Shown here one piece after another: positions 63,546 to 64,000 of a DNA stretch of 64,000 bases. The number at the start of each line of letters is the position of its first letter. Positions within the stretch are counted from its first letter, which is position 1. Below the pieces are notes generated by a model. The model made no database searches and was not told the origin of the DNA. It saw only the letters and a program-made list of their open reading frames with translations. This DNA is from Ylistrum balloti (taxonomy: Eukaryota), in the NCBI RefSeq assembly GCF_031769215.1, contig NW_026782051.1, forward strand, positions 496,001 through 560,000, given 5' to 3'. The position numbers and the translations under genes were made by a program.

Positions 63546-64000
63546 AATTACGTAATTTTTTTGTAGTGGTTTGCATTTACAAGAATGAAAATAAAATTTT
63601 TTTACTGTTCTTATTTATTGATTATAGAGAAATTCACATTTATTTTCCAGTGACCCTGACGACAGTGTAACTAAGTAACGACTTTGTTGATACACTGCCC
63701 CATTTAAAATGACTTTACCAATATAAAACATATATCAGCTTCATAAACGTCCGGAAGTTAAAACAAAAACTACTTTTTAAAAAATCTATATATCGGTTTT
63801 ATTACTGAAAATTTAATGTTATTTCTTCAATTTATAATGATAATACAGTGTTATGTATATATATAATTACTGTTCTTTCTTTGGGATAAAATGACCACAA
63901 AACGACGAATCTATCTTTGCGAAAATATCAATATGACTCCCAACGATCAACTATCCACAAACGAATGAGTAAGTAAACTACCTGTGTACTCGGGGAAGCA

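Overview
This is AT-rich eukaryotic (animal) genomic DNA with spliceosomal introns. The repeat families and genes point to a mollusc, probably a bivalve (inference, not confirmed). There is one 205-N assembly gap at 26661-26865. (1) 1-28.2 kb is mostly nested, decayed transposons. A BEL/Pao LTR retrotransposon 3' half interrupts a Kolobok-type DNA transposon. That element carries a spliced gene strongly resembling the P2X7 cytoplasmic 'ballast' domain, convergent with a spliced DDE transposase pseudogene, and it also contains a Tc1 element, a MITE and a Gypsy RT fragment. An RNase H LINE fragment, Penelope-like fragments, a V-domain SINE, a near full-length APE/RT LINE and a Tx1/L1 fragment follow. 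(2) There are three C2H2 zinc-finger loci: a pseudogene at 16-18 kb (minus), an 11-finger locus at 31-33 kb and an 8-finger locus at 55 kb. All three share an upstream CGAACGCGC motif. (3) An inverted pair of 5-exon perlucin-like C-type lectin genes has an intact copy on the minus strand and a pseudogene on the plus strand. (4) A complete 3-exon secreted AA15 lytic polysaccharide monooxygenase with an unexplained tandem Cys-rich tail lies head-to-head with the intact lectin. (5) Several minisatellites are present, one with a CRE palindrome in 11 of 12 units. (6) The last exon of a G-protein alpha subunit has a Gv-like C-terminus. No rRNA, bona fide tRNA gene or CRISPR array was seen. All family assignments come from manual motif recognition; no searches were run.
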